A stretch of 64,000 bases of DNA from assembly GCA_043228905.1 (NCBI GenBank), contig JBHGNT010000006.1, positions 21,452,001 through 21,516,000 on the forward strand. The letters are read 5' to 3'. Position numbers and translations under genes: made by a program. Under the pieces are notes generated by a model. That model did no database searches. It worked only from the letters and a program-made list of their open reading frames with translations, and was not told the DNA's origin. The stretch comes from Azolla caroliniana. Lineage: Eukaryota > Plantae > Polypodiophyta. This document shows positions 36,303-50,996 of the stretch, in pieces (the stretch's first letter is position 1; every line of letters starts with the position of its first letter).

Positions 36303-39300
36303 TCACATTGGTAACAATTCATGTATGTTGTCATCTTGAATCCGTTGCCGTTTCGCGCACGTCTTCAAAACCATGGACTTTTGAGCCATCTGAGGAGGTG
36401 GAGATCTCTCAAACCTTGCCAAATCAAGAGAAGGGGAACCGAAGAGACCTTTCGACTGCAGTTGCAATTTGCTTAACACCACCTTTTCAGCAAACTTGGG
36501 TTGACAAAGAGAGCCGTCAGTACCTTCTTTCTCCAGCTTTCTCAACCGAGCTTCATAAACTTGGGCCTCATCTTTCTTTCCAAGACTTGAACAAGTGTTT
36601 ACCAAATACCTTAAGCATTCCATGTTGTTTGGATGGAGGCAGAGGATTTCTTTATGCTTGGCTATTGCCTCACAATAAGCCCCAATTTTCCGGTAACATG
36701 ATGCAGCCATTAATTGCCATTTTACCTGCTAGAAACAAACAAGAATGTCCAATAACTGATAGACTTAACACCCATTTCAGAAATTTTCTCATTTATGGAT
36801 GCAGATTACAATGATGCATGCAGATTATATAAATAATAAAGGAAAGACACTTCAATGATCACATATATGCATATATGATGAGTATTTGTGTGTATGTGTA
36901 TCCATATGTATGTATGCATATGTGTAACATACATATGCACATTCGTATATGTAGATATACAAATACATATACACATGAATAAATATATAAGGATGAAAAT
37001 ATGACTCCAAGTAGAAGATACTTTAATGAACTCCAGCTAATTGTATGATTCAATACCTCATTTGGTTGAATCTTTGAAGCCAAATTAAATATGGGTATGG
37101 CTTTTTCATAAAGCTCTTGTTGCACATAGAATGCACCTAGGAAGGTGATGATATCCATGTTTACTGGATGCACACGATGTGACTCGTTATAGTAATAAAG
37201 AGCTTTCGCCTCATCATTGCATTTGGTAAACAAAGCTCCTAACAATGCCAAAATACCAGCATCATGCATCGTGCTTGCTATGACTATCTCAAGAAACTGA
37301 ATTGCTTGTTGAGTGTTTCCAGTCAATTCACTGAGATGTCCAACCTGTCAATATACGGCACAAGATATTATTGAAGATAAGGTATTTTGCATCTATAAAT
37401 ATTAACATAAACAAAACATTTTAAACACAAACTATGAAGACAAGCCTCAGAAATCTTGTCCTGGTGGAAGGAACCGAATAGCTTAATATGTATCAAGTGA
37501 TATCAGGCAAATGGAAAGGTCAAATGTTTCGCATGTCCCTAGAGTAGATGCCATCATATTGTAGGAAAGAACAAACAAAATATCAAAAAGCAAATCATTG
37601 AACAAACATGCCAAAAGATTTAGTAGACATTGCAGAAAAGTAAAGGACAAACAAACATGCTTCAAAATTTTGTAGACATTGCAGCAAAGTAAAGGCAAAT
37701 AGCTAAATGACCCACTAATTCACGACAATAGCTAGAACTATACCTGATATAGAATTTCAACATTGTTTGGAAGCTTCTTGGCCAAGTCTTTGAATGTTCT
37801 GAGGGCTTCAGGAAGTAAACCGAGCTTCTTCTGGACTAAACCAACATTATAGAAAGCCTCCATGATATTTCCGTTGAGTTCAACCGCTTTTCTGTACAAT
37901 ACCATAGCACCTTCTGCATTATCCTGTTTTCGCAAAATTTCAAATCGTTGCATGACATTAAGCATAGGAACTAATAGAAGTTTAATCTACTCCTTGTAGA
38001 TTCAGAGCAACATTATTACCTGAGAAAATAAACAATTCCCAAGGTTAACTAGCGCATATGGATTCTCATGATTGTTACTTAATGCAAGTTTCGCATACTT
38101 TTCTGCATTTTCAATGTCACCCTCTAGGAGGTACAAGAATGAAAGGTTTGTAGATGCACAAGTCTTTAAATCCTTCTCTTTTCGCTCGAATGTCTTTAGC
38201 AAAGAGATGGCCTATAATACAAATACGCAAATCTATCTTAAACTACAGGGTAATTTTAGGACAAATTAAAAGCAAGTAAAAAATTAATGTGTAAACTCTA
38301 TTTTCCAAATGGGCTCCATAGAAGAACACTCATTTTCAGAAAGAATTGTCAAAAATAATACCTCAGAAAATTTCCTTTTGTGTAAGTATTGAATGGCTTT
38401 ATGCATCTCAACTTCATATGCAAGAGTCATGTATTGCTGATCTTTCAAGATACTGATAACCCAATCATATCCTTCCACAAAAATTGTGCTTATTACTGGA
38501 GCAATAATCCTAGCTGCTCTAAATATGTACTTCTGGGCTTGCATTTGTCTTGACTGAAGCTCAATAGATAAGTCATCACTCTGAAATGGAAAAAAGAACT
38601 GAATTCTATAAATGGAAGTAAATTATTTAGATCTTTATAAAACAGTTTCTTTAATTCAGAGTAGAAAAGGCACATTTTTGGGTCAAATTTATGTGATTAA
38701 TGTCGTAACACCTATTCAAAAGACGTTTTCTGGTTAAACCTGTGGATTAATGAACCAACTTGTATACATAAAAGATGAAATCCAATTTGAAAAATGCAAT
38801 GTGATATGGTAAGTTCGTGGACTGAAATGTCCCAACTTAGTTACACAGTAAGTAAAATTCAGCTGTTTTACCTTTTGGAAACATGTTGAGTCTTCCTCAA
38901 TGTCATCATCAACTTCTGGATCATAATGTCTAACCAAAAGCATTTTGGTAAAGCAGCTCTTCATTTTCTCTGTATTCCCCACTATATAATAGCAAACTAT
39001 CAGATTGTATCCTGACTGATGGTCATACTTGATTTCCATAACTGCCTCAAAAGATTGCATTGCATCCTATTAACGCATGGTGTAAACTCATTTGATTAAG
39101 TAAGAGCTGCATTCAAATAGCATCTTGTTAATTTAGATTATGGTGCAAATGTAATAGTTCTACAATGTGACTGACACTCCTACATAATCTTGTGCTTCCA
39201 TATTTCACTATCGGATACATTGTCCTTTCAGTCCTTACCCTCTTCCAAGTTATGGACTTTACAACAAGAAAAACTAGTAGAATAGCTAGTGTTCAAAACA

Positions 39301-42300
39301 CTCATATATCCTTAGCAAATATATCCATTAAAATAAATCCATATAGGTTCCTTTTGAATATGATTCAGATATGCAATTCATCAATAAATTAATATTAGCG
39401 CTGTTAGTTATGGAAGGTTATGGACGGGCTTTGGACCACTTGACAAAAACAATTAAACTGAATCAGTAGAATGCACACATGAATACATATATTCTGTTTT
39501 TTCCTCTAAAAGAATGCTTTTAATATACATTAAAAATAGCTGGCTTTCCATAAAGGAAGTTAACCAAAGATTCTAGCAACTTTTATTCATCAGACATTAA
39601 AAAACTGAAGACAAAGGACAGTCAAGAAACAAACTTGGTATTGTCCCATATGCATAAGCGCATTCCCAATGTTCCGCATTATTCTATAACGGGTTTCTTT
39701 ATGTGAATTCGGAATCTGATCCAATGCCATCCTGTACATCTTTATGGCGAGCAAATAATTCTCTTGTTTGTAATAAATGTTGCCCATGTTGATTCGCAAT
39801 CTACCTGCTTGTGTGAACTGCAAAATGTTATCTTTTTATAAGTTTTGCTTCATGTTAAAGTTCATATTTTATAAGCTTCTTGGAGTTATTTAATCTAGCT
39901 AAATAAGGTGATTCATACTTGACAGACATCAATATGGTCGTGGAGACAATTAATCACCTGTTTATTCTTTACTATCTGTGAATATGTGCTCAATGCTTCT
40001 GAGAGAAGGCCACTCTTCTCATATTGGTACGCAAGATTAAAACACACCGAAAAGGTCAGCTCAATATTCATCTGATCTACCTGTGAAAATACTAAAATTA
40101 GCCACCAAGACTGAGGAGCAAAACTCAAAATGTCACTGATTAGAATGCCCTTAACTTTCCAAGCATCACCAGAATACCCCCTCCAAGGTACAAAATTTAT
40201 TCAGGTAAGATTTTCATACCTATGGGTACTCCCATACAATAAGTTAGGGGTATTTTTGGGTATTGCTGCAATTCATATTATAGGGATTGTCTTTAGCATC
40301 ATAAACTTACTCGAGAAGCTTGTTCACGTTGTCGGCATACTAATCTCTCTTTCCTGCCGGCCTCCTTAGCTCTTTCTAATGCAGTTGTATGATCTCCCTA
40401 TAAAAACAGAATCATATTCATACTTGAAATCAACATGATCACCCTAGCTCTAGTTTATTTCCATCTCCATGGACTTTTCTTTGCTTATGGATGAGATAAT
40501 AGTTTATATTCGTCCTGATGAACTTTTCTTTTGTATATGGATGAAATATGATATATGCCATTACATGATGAATCTTGATCGTAACATTTTCAGTTGGATG
40601 GCTACTTTGACTTTCGAGAAAGGTTAACATATCTTTCTTTTTTTCTAGTCTCTGACACGAAAGCGACCCGAATCAGGTTTGTATTGAAGAAGGTACATTT
40701 AGAACTCACATTAAAACTTGCGGCTGCGCTTTCTTCTAAAAGTGTGTGCACCAACTGCTCAAGTTCTCTTATTTGCATTTCTGGATCGCCTTCATCTCTT
40801 CTTTGTGATAAGGGAGTCAAAGAACGTGAACCTTGGTTGATTGGATCAAATTTATTACCCTGTAAAATTATTGGAAATTTTGTTTCTATTACAGAAAATT
40901 AATCATTACTTACACGTATTCTCAGGATCAAGAAAAACAAAATTTCGAACCTTAGACAAATAAAATATACATGCCCCAAGGAGAACAGAAGTATGGGTCA
41001 TTGATGATCCTAAGTCCAAAAACTGCGTTAACATAACCTGGAGGCTTGTATTATCATGATCTAAACGTTACTGCCATCACATCCCAGAAGTATATAAATG
41101 CAGATGTACATGTAGAGAGACATTTTGCAGAGAATCTACACAAAAACTGTATATATTGCTAAGAACATCTCTGTGCACGCTCGAAGGAGAAGATTGCGAA
41201 TATAGATGAAATATTTTAACATTTCAAAATAAGTGTACGAGGTAAGATACCACACCTTTGATGAATACCCTGCGGCCCTGACAGCCGTCATGGATCGTGA
41301 TGTGTCACCAGAAGTTCCAGACCGTGCTGTCAGACAATTAGATCTTCCAGAACTGGATGGCCTCCATAGAGACAGAGTTTGTGGTGTGGGCGTTCGACTC
41401 CTTGCTTTTGTAGATGGACATCTTGATGTGTCTGAAATCGTTTCAACCTGTAAAGATCTCACGTGAATTAATATACATAGGAAAGGACTATAGGGATAAT
41501 ATATCAGTGTAGGAATATCTGGCATTATGTTTAAGGCAGTCAAAGAAGTGGCATAATTACATAGATAACATTTAGTCTAAGAGTGCATATAAATGATGAT
41601 GTCAAATGCATTCTGGATAAGACACCTAAGATACTTATTCCCAAATGATGTGTCGAATGTGGAACTAAGCAATTCATATCAAATCTACGATGAATCATTC
41701 ATATGGACTGGTTTTGTAATCGAACGGAAGAATTGGTTAACTGAGAAGCTAGTGCAGACATATGACAATTTAAAAACCGAATATGTCCTTCTCAATCCTA
41801 TTGTATGTCTTCAAAATCCTGAAATGGCCTAATATGAGGCCTCTCCAAAGATGTAAATGGATACTGGTATCCATTCCCTTAGCATTACCATGGTTTCTGG
41901 TTAGCAATCATACAAAACTTTCATGAGCATCTATATTTAAACACTACTAGTACATCAAGTCCCTTAGCAATATACAAATATTTTCTATTTAGTTCTTGCA
42001 CAAATTATCGGAGTACCTATATTAACAAGGTATAAAAGATGAATGTTAAGTAAAACCTGCGATCCCGATCCAGAAGGGGGCCTGCTAGGCCCAATGATGT
42101 GGTCATAAACAGTAAAATCTCCTCTTCTAAATGGTTCACTGGTCTTCCGGTACTGCCAACAAAAGATATGGGATAAATTAAAAAAAACATGTAAAAAAAC
42201 AAAAGAATTATGCATCAAATGATCGAATGATAAACATATATCAAACGGGAATTATAAAAACAAGATGGAAAGAATAAAGGAATTCTGCATTGACCAAAAT

Positions 42301-42917
42301 AGAAACAGGGGAGAAAGCACCGACGAATCGTCAACTGTTTCAATATTTATTAGAATACCCCCAATTTCCCATAAATTTCCAGATTACCCTTCTGTATTAG
42401 AGAGCTTAATTGATGTGAGCATTTTTTTTTGCTCTACAAATATATAAAAAAAAATGCATCAATGAAAATATATAAAATCTAAACACGTCAAAAAGGGAAT
42501 GCAGGGAAAGAAACACATAAAACAAAATACATTACAACAACTAAACCAAGAAAAAATCAGGAAAGAAAAGGAATGAACTGAAAGAAACAATAGAGTAACA
42601 AAATTAAAGACTTAAAGAAAAATAGCAAAACAGGAACGAATTTCATGAAGAGAGAAACAACAGAAACAAAAACATAAAAAAACCAAGGAATCGAAAAAAC
42701 GAATAAATTAGCAAATAATACTGGATTAAACCTGAAACTTGTGATCCGATGAACAGTGAGCAGACGTAGGATTCCTTTCTTCTGGGTCTTCTTCTTCTTC
42801 TTCTGCTTCTTCATTATAAACGTCGTAGAGATCGTTATAACGGATACTCCGAAAGAAATCATTAGAATCGGGTATAGTTGAAGAGGCTCCAAAGAGATTC
42901 TTCAGCATTCTAGCCAT
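36303..42917 (-). CDS. IFT88: Intraflagellar transport protein 88 (TPR protein), 13 exons, about 837 aa
   Basis: Exons (- strand): 42917-42732, 42152-42057, 41447-41256, 40859-40710, 40397-40311, 40080-39958, 39817-39635, 39066-38872, 38580-38362, 38211-38020, 37923-37744, 37344-37057, 36725-36303; all GT-AG; 2514 nt open. Motifs NDLYDVYN, RSMTAVRAAGYSS, LLEES, AKEAGRKER, AGRLRINMGNIY, AIKMYRMALDQIP, STNLSFLY, IQPNEVKWQLMAASC, C-terminal ELLP. Start codon and exon 2 are less certain. Confidence 0.95.
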
Positions 42918-43110
42918 GGCTATGGCTTCTTCATGCTTCAAATTACCTGCAGGCACGTCTTAACTACCACCCCCCCCTTCCCCTGTTTTTTGCGTTTAGG
43001 GTAATTCCCAAACATACCCTTCAACACACTTCATCTCCTCATCTCTCAGCTTCTACAAATCCCCCAAAATACCCCTCCTATCATCCTTCTTCACACTTCT
43101 CTCTCTCTCT

Positions 43111-44366
43111 CTCTTTCAAGTGGTAGCACTCTTTCAAGTGGTAGCTTTTATTCATCGGATACATAGTCAACCACAAGATAGGATATCCCGTCGAGCCTTT
43201 GAGGCATCCCGATCCTTACATGTGTCTGGAGACACCAACTCTTGGTATAGCATTGTGGTGAGTTGGTTATTTGCAAATGGCATAGACATTAATAACCTAC
43301 CTCCCCTTAAGTACAACCATGGGACTGATCAAACTTTAATCTCTCGTGAAGATCGTAATAAAGTGATACGCCAAGAAATATGGCAAATCTACACTCGATA
43401 CAAATGGATCACCCCACGAGAGCCACTCCCATCTAAAATGGTGTACTATAAGGAACACTTCTTGCACTTCTCTAAGTTAGGGTTTATTACACGACCAAGA
43501 TACCTAGATACTTTCTTATCAAATGCACTAAGGGTGGCCATTGGACAACTTAGGATATCATCTCACCAACTTGAGATTGAGAATGGTCGAGCTAATAGAG
43601 TCCCTAGAGAGGAAAGGCTATGTAGGTTATGCCACATAGAGATAGAGGATGAGTATCACTTCACATGCAAGTGCCCAACTTATGCCGAGATACGGGCGGA
43701 ATACCAAGACATACTAGGACCCTCTCCCACCCTCTCCAAACTATTAGATACCCCGAGTGTAAAGAGACTAGGTAGGTATATCTTAGAGCTAAAACAACAT
43801 AGGGAGGATAAACTACAAAGTGTTAATCATAACCCTTTTACTACTCATCAACATGTACCTAGTGTAATTTTTCAGGAACATGGGGAGACGATGAATGTGG
43901 ATACACTTATGCCGCTCGGCCTCTCCCTTGAGGAAGCAGAAATACAAAGAGCAACCAAACGTCCTCGGATGTTGGGCTTCAACACAAGTCAACGTGGAGT
44001 AGAAAAGATTAAGAAGATAAGGGAACGTGAGCTACGTCGACTCGAAGCTATGGTTGGGGTACCTCTTACATGGGGACCACGGGCCACATCCACATCATGG
44101 CAACCCTTTGACCCCCCGCTTCTCTTCGAGAGACTTGGATGGAAATGAAATTAGGCCTAGTATAGAATCATTCTCATTGTAGAACATGTTTTTTATATAG
44201 AACATGTTTGTTGTTTTCTTAGAACTATTTAGCTTAAACTCTATTTTATCTTATTTTTATTTTTACTTTTGATGAATGGGTAAATATCCCATTTTTGTTG
44301 TACACCTTTTGTCTCATGGGCCAATTTTGGCCTTAGAAGACGTTAATATTTCTTTCTTTCTTTCTT

Positions 44367-44372
<6 letters not shown>
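43111..44372 (+). mobile_element. 5'-truncated non-LTR retrotransposon (RTE-X/L2-like ORF2 C-terminus, 3' UTR and (TTTC)n tail)
   Basis: ORF 43120-44148 with LRISSHQLEIENGR…REERLCRLC…IEDEYHFTCKCPTY; flanked by (CT)n on both sides. Confidence 0.85.
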
Positions 44373-44413
<41 letters not shown>

Positions 44414-44576
44414 ATCATAAGTTGTTTACACTACTAGTACTACATCGTTGGGTTCGAAACCCAATTTTCTCACCTCTCTATTACTTCATGGATATCTCTT
44501 ATTTCAATAGATGCCACTGTGGAATGTAGGGGTTGAACCCATGACCACCTGGTCTCCATTGGGCTACATCCATCTC

Positions 44577-44626
<50 letters not shown>

Positions 44627-47600
44627 GATGAGAAACTAGTTCATAGTGTGCATGATTGCATGTGTGTGTTTCTACACATGTGTGCATCTTTCCACGCATT
44701 CGCGCGCGCGCGTGTGTGATAGAGAGATAGAGAGATAGAGAGATAGAGAGAGAGGGAGGGAGAGATAAGTGTGTAGTGTGGGATTGAGCTCGTAGTATAT
44801 GGACCCCCACAAGAGCCTAGAGGTTGTTGCATTGTTGCAGTAAGTTAGTCATAGTGGTGTTTTATTTCGTAATCAAAGGTATTAGAAAGAGGGAGGTAGA
44901 GAGAGAGAGAGAGAGGTTTTAATCTCATGTTCAAAGGCCAAAAGTTGAGCTATAAGACCAACAATATACTGGTCTCACGTAGCACATGTGAAAGTGAGTA
45001 CAAACTCTCAATGCGCATGCAATGTCTCAATCAAGAGAAACAAAGATAGAGAGACAGAGATAGAAAGAGTAGAGAGAGAATTCATAAGTTGAAGTGAAGG
45101 TGCAATATGTTGGAAGGTAAAAAATGATGGCTTTCAAGGAAACTATAACATGAAGAGAAACACTTGTGCAGAGTGAGAGGTCAACATGTGCGTCATGTTA
45201 AAATTGATTTGTAGTTGGGAAGTGAATGCTTAGAGTTTGGATCCCAAACATAACCAAAGTTTGTTGTAAGTTAGTTTTGGGGATTCATTGGATCAAAAGT
45301 CCATTGTAACCTAGCCATGGTAGGGAGGGGGGGGGGGAAGACAGAGTTACGTCATCTAGTTTTGCAACACTTGATAGGGTTTCCCTTGCATTATCACTAT
45401 TTATGAAGTAGTGAAGATAGCAAGGGTTGTATTATCATCTCGTTCTAATAGCAAATGTTGATTTATGAAAAAAAAAGACAGAGAGAGATAAGACTATCTT
45501 GAGGTTTTTCATCAAACCATCATGGGATCATGCTCAGAGCATGTTATCTTTGGGATACTACTATTCACATGAAGGTGACATTGAATTTTATCTTGGCCAT
45601 CAGTTTTTCTTTTTGAATTTCCTTGAGCATAACATTAGGCAAACTCTAATTAATTAATTCCCAATAATCTTGTGGTCCTTTTAGGATCATGCTAGAAAAA
45701 TGGTAGTTCTATTGATCATGTGCTAAAATTGCCAAGACTTCATGAATTCAATCAATCTTAGGGCTCACTATAGGAACCTAGAGGTATCGTCATTATGCAT
45801 TAGTGTGAACACAATATTATAATAAATAACAAATAAAGCAAATAAAAGGAACAACAAATTTCTAGGGCTACAACATGTCATATTATAATAAGGCTTGATC
45901 CAAAAAGTTGAAATCTCGTCTACTTTGTCATGGATCTTCCATTAACTATGATGTCATGGACGTTAGGATAGACGATGGGATAATGTGCGATCAATGGATG
46001 AAAGTACATTCGATTATGAGAATGGGTGGATTGAATGAAGACGCAAGGAGCCTAGTTCCAACCCACAAATTCAAACATGGGGTTGAGAACAAGGAACCAT
46101 ACTTCAATGGCTCTTTTGTACATTTTGGATATACAATGCTTGAATTATGGCATATCCTATAATGCATGAACTATTCTTGCGGTTGCAACCATTCACATCT
46201 CTCATAAGAGGCTTTACAATACAATGTTATACTACATTAGAATCTTGCACTCCTCGTCTTAGTGATTATTGCATAAGAACCAGAGTGACTTTATCAACAA
46301 GAATATTATTTCATATGGAGTACCAAGTTACAAATACAAATCATTGTATAGAATATAATTATAAGCTTCAATACATTGGTTAAGTATACATGACAGGTCA
46401 TTGGACAATAAAAGTGTATAGTCCAAGTAGCATATTTCATCAATACATGTTATAATTCAAATAATCTGATACAATACATTTCAAATCAACCATCAATAAT
46501 TAGCCTTGGTTTTTTATAAACACTATATGACCTTACGCGATAAATAAATTTTGTTTTACATCTTAAAGTTATATAAATTCTAATGTTAACATGTGATACA
46601 ATGTTTAAAGTTCATTGTCTACCGTTGATATCATGCTAATAAACCATATAGCTCAAGTACAATTGCTTGTTGACTAACACAAATTGTATGGTTAATGTAA
46701 ACATGGACTATTTTTTACTATTTTTTAACACTTTCTACTTCAATCTATTTGACATGTGTGATATTCCATATTAAGCATGACCTATTTTATGGGTTATCCT
46801 TGATATACTATAACATTTTGTTCTTAAGTTGTCAAAATTGGGCACAATTAGCATCCAATCTTGGAATTTCTTCTACAAAAAATGATTGATCATCAAAGGT
46901 ATTAAATATAACATAGTTGGGAATGATGAGGCAAAGCAACGTTGGATTTCATGTCAAGGATCACATCAAGCTTTGTATGCAGGTATTTATATGGTATCAT
47001 CCTATACTTTGACTGTGTATAAACATCCTTGTCTACTTATCTACTCAAGGAAAATAGTTAATCAATGTTACAAAATAATCTTCTTATGATAGATGCTTTT
47101 TTGAAACGGTAACATTAACCTTCTTCAAAGGACCATTAGAAGTTGTCATAGCTATGATCTTTGTACTAATTATGTTGTGTAAAACTTTAAATACTTCAAT
47201 ACTAGTGGAATGAATGGAGACATCAATTGGATACATTTTAGGATCACAACCCCAATGTACTAATGTGATCTTTATGTCTGAGAAGAAACCATATTACGTA
47301 TTACTCGAGAATTCCAAGGTCACAAATTACTGTTTCTTGCATGTCAAAATCAATGAAATACATCCTTATGTTAGATAATGGAGAAATACTATTTTTGTTG
47401 CAACAATGAACCTATGTTTGATAATACTATGAAAAAATGGTTGTAGATAAGGTCTCAATAGTATTCAAGATCCATGAGAAGAAACCCTAATACATGATCG
47501 TCGGTAATTACAACCTAACACATGTCTCTTTGCATGTAGTACTATGTAGAAAAATCATTGGAGTTTGTCCACTACATTGGGCAATGCAGGAATATTGTTT

Positions 47601-50600
47601 TTGTTGTATCAGCCACCCTCTATTTTGACAAAAATGACAACAAGTAAATCATTTCCTTTTTAATGGATCCATCAATCTCAATATTCTTAGAGATCAATAA
47701 TTGTGAAGTACTTAAATTACCTTCTCAAAAATGCTCTCCGTCACTTATGATATGACGTTAAAAGTATATTTTATTGTAGATTCACAAGCTTAGACGTAAA
47801 CTTAAACAAATTGAAGTGACATCAAAGAAATGTTGTACATTGGAATCATAATTTCATTAATATTCAAATCTGAATCTGAAGTTCTGAATTTCATATTCTA
47901 CATCATTCTAGTAACTTTTGAAGCTTTGAAGTTTGATCAAATAATGAATACAAATGTGGATTATATAAACTTTAATCAAAAGAGCAAGAATCAATTGATG
48001 AGAAATCAATTTTTTTTTTAGTTTTATGTGTCTTGAATGGGGAAGTCGAAATTTGGTAAAGACGTATACAAGATGGGAAAGAGTGAATGAAATTTGAAAT
48101 GCTAGACGAAATGATGCTCGTTTTGTAGTTAGACTAGTTATTAATGCACTCAATTCTAGATGATTAAGTCTCTATCCATTGAATATTATATAGCCACAAA
48201 GTATTGAATGAAATATATGAATATGTTGTTGTGCTCAAGGACATAGTTTGTTTGTTACATTAAATACTTGACTAATACAAAGTCAACATCATTAGGCACC
48301 TTGATTGCATGATGATTGATCTTAATAGTAGATATTGTTACAATCACAACATTTAAGATGAAAAAATCATGTAGTTTACTATAGTTAAAGGACTAGGAAA
48401 GAAAACATGAGTGTTCCTTCAAATATGCTATGCTTAATATGGTTTGTGAAAGAAAATAGTGTCTAAAGTGTTTGAAAACTAGACAAGAATCATATAACCA
48501 CTTCCACATTATATATCCATTGGTGTGGGATCTGTAAACATTTATGACCACTAGAAGGGTATCAAATGTTTCCAATGGAAACATGACATCTTTGAGTTCA
48601 ATTATAATCGAGAACTCTTTATTCATGTTTAATGTGTGATCATATTTCCTATCAATGTATTCATAGGGATGTGGTAGAAAGCATTTGTTGAACAACAATA
48701 TTGATTTAGCATACATACATAACAAATTGTGTCATGTTGGTGGCTTGATACTAATAGGCTTGTTCATTTGTAGAACATCCCTAAAGTAACCGATTCACTA
48801 CATCACGTACATCTTAGAAATTGCTACATATGATTTGGTTGAAGTTGTTTTACTCATACATATGGAATTTAGAGGATGGCTTATGAGACATCTTCAAATA
48901 TTGCATTCAAATGTTAAAATATGCTCAAAACAAATGTTGTAAACACTCATTCACTTTTAATTTGCATGAACTAACTTCTGAGAGCAAAACTTCTCCTGGC
49001 GACATGATCATTTATAAACAAGTGATATTTTCTTAACAGCTCAAATAATTACATTTCTCGACAAATGTAGTATATATTGCACCCACATTGAATTATTTTC
49101 CAATGGTTTGTGTCCAATTCTAACCAAGATTGTGATATTTATATATTTTATGTGTGTCATTCCTATTTTAAGGCTACACGTGAACATTGATCATGGTGCA
49201 ATTAATTATAATATCAAGTACATATAATATTTCCCTTCACGACACATGAATCTATTATGTGAATGGCGTGTCAGATTGCACATGAGTGTCCACATTTATC
49301 CTTACAGTGTGTGCAATTATTTTAACATGAATGCCTATCACATTAATTGTATGGCCATTCGAGAATATTTTCAATTGAGCTCCAAAACAAGTTCTCTAGA
49401 TATGCCTTACACGCCTGCAGGAAACGTGTCAACTTGTAAAAGGGATAGAGACAAGAGCATAAATCTAACATGTCCACAAATATCATTTTATACATAAATC
49501 CATCCAAATGTCCAAAGTTCTTGGGTATTGTTAATTGTTGTGAGACATGCGCATGCTAGATGTGCCGTATATGTGTTGGATCGTCTCAAGGTAGCACTTG
49601 TCATTTCACATTTGTGCGACATACAAACATAATCGATTGGAGACCATTAGAACATAGAATAGTAGTAAATAGTGTTTGATTAAAATATAGGAAACGGCAG
49701 AAAGTAGTACCCTCTTTGCGGTACTCACATGCGTGTGATTTTGAAAGTCATGTGTGTTTGTCTAGTAAGGTAAAATGCCGCACCTTTGTAGATCATTAGG
49801 CACATAGCCGATTGGCTACACTAGTTAGAGTGCCTTATGTCAAACTCGACGAAGTACTGTATGTGTTTGGTAGTCATGCATGCATATGGGGCCCGATGTC
49901 GGTTGATTAAAACCTAAGATTATCTCATATAATCTCAACTAGTTCTATGTGTTATTAGCATAGCAATGTGTTATACTTGTTTGGATGCATCAGTTCTCAA
50001 CTTGAGGTTAGGTCATAGTTTATAGGTTCGGATAGGTGTGTTCCCTTCATAAGCGAGAGTTTGTCATAACATTGGAACATTTGCTGGAAATTTCCCTCCA
50101 AGAATGCGTCAATGTGCTTTCAAATCATGGTTACATTGTGATAAAGTTGGCACATTCGCGGCCTACAAAGCTAATGGATTGTTAATGATTGCGCCGAGTA
50201 TCCACCATATGGGAAGTTTTTAACATTAAAAAAAAGACAATGAGCATGTGGGGTTTCACGTAAAAGGTTGTTTTTAAAGTTGTCAGAGCAACACGGATGT
50301 TGGATTTTTAAATGGTATTTTCGAGTCCAAGTACCGGCCTACGGCTACGATTAAATTATTGTACTAAAGATTAATGAGTTGAGTAGGGGGATTCAGAGGT
50401 GTCAAGTATGGTTTCTGGATGGATTGAAATAAAGTTGGCTTTCTCAAGGAGTGAAACCATCTCCAAAGGACTAAAACTTTCAACAAAAGAGTACACCCCC
50501 ATTGCACATTATAATGATATTGTATTCATGCAATGGTTAATGTGTAGGGTGGTGGGGACTTTAGATTAAAAGAAAGAAATTTGAGAGGAAGTACTAATTG

Positions 50601-50964
50601 GAGCCCTAAAAGGGCATCAAACTATAGATAGCTAATTAGATCAACTCCAATGCTTATAGATACTCTAAATGTAATAGATAAATTACAACACATCAAAAGT
50701 GAATTAAGGTGAGATAAGGTAAAGGGAAGGAAAGGAGGGTATATCATTATAAGTGAATAGTCCCTAGCATTTAAGATATTAATTTGAGAAATTTGATCAT
50801 GAGACATTAAGGTTCAATTCATATACACTTATAAGTTATACCCATATATTATATGTAATTAGCTGGTAGTGTAGGTTCAAATGATCATTAGCAACTTGGG
50901 TTAGGGTTTGAAGATTCATTCTATTGACTAGTAGGCATTTAGAAAATACAAGATCATCACCACT

Positions 50965-50994
<30 letters not shown>

Positions 50995-50996
<2 letters not shown>

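Noticed and set aside
36299-36814. 171-aa + strand ORF and other antisense ORFs over TE and gene exons
   Set aside because: Shadow ORFs of coding sequence on the opposite strand
46900-49000. Possible hAT transposase relic on the - strand
   Set aside because: Only vague DGS and WNS-like motifs; no TIR or TSD found
50953-50996. Poly-His N-terminal extension of the MYB from (CAT)n
   Set aside because: The His frame is not the MYB frame, and an in-frame TAG lies at 50932
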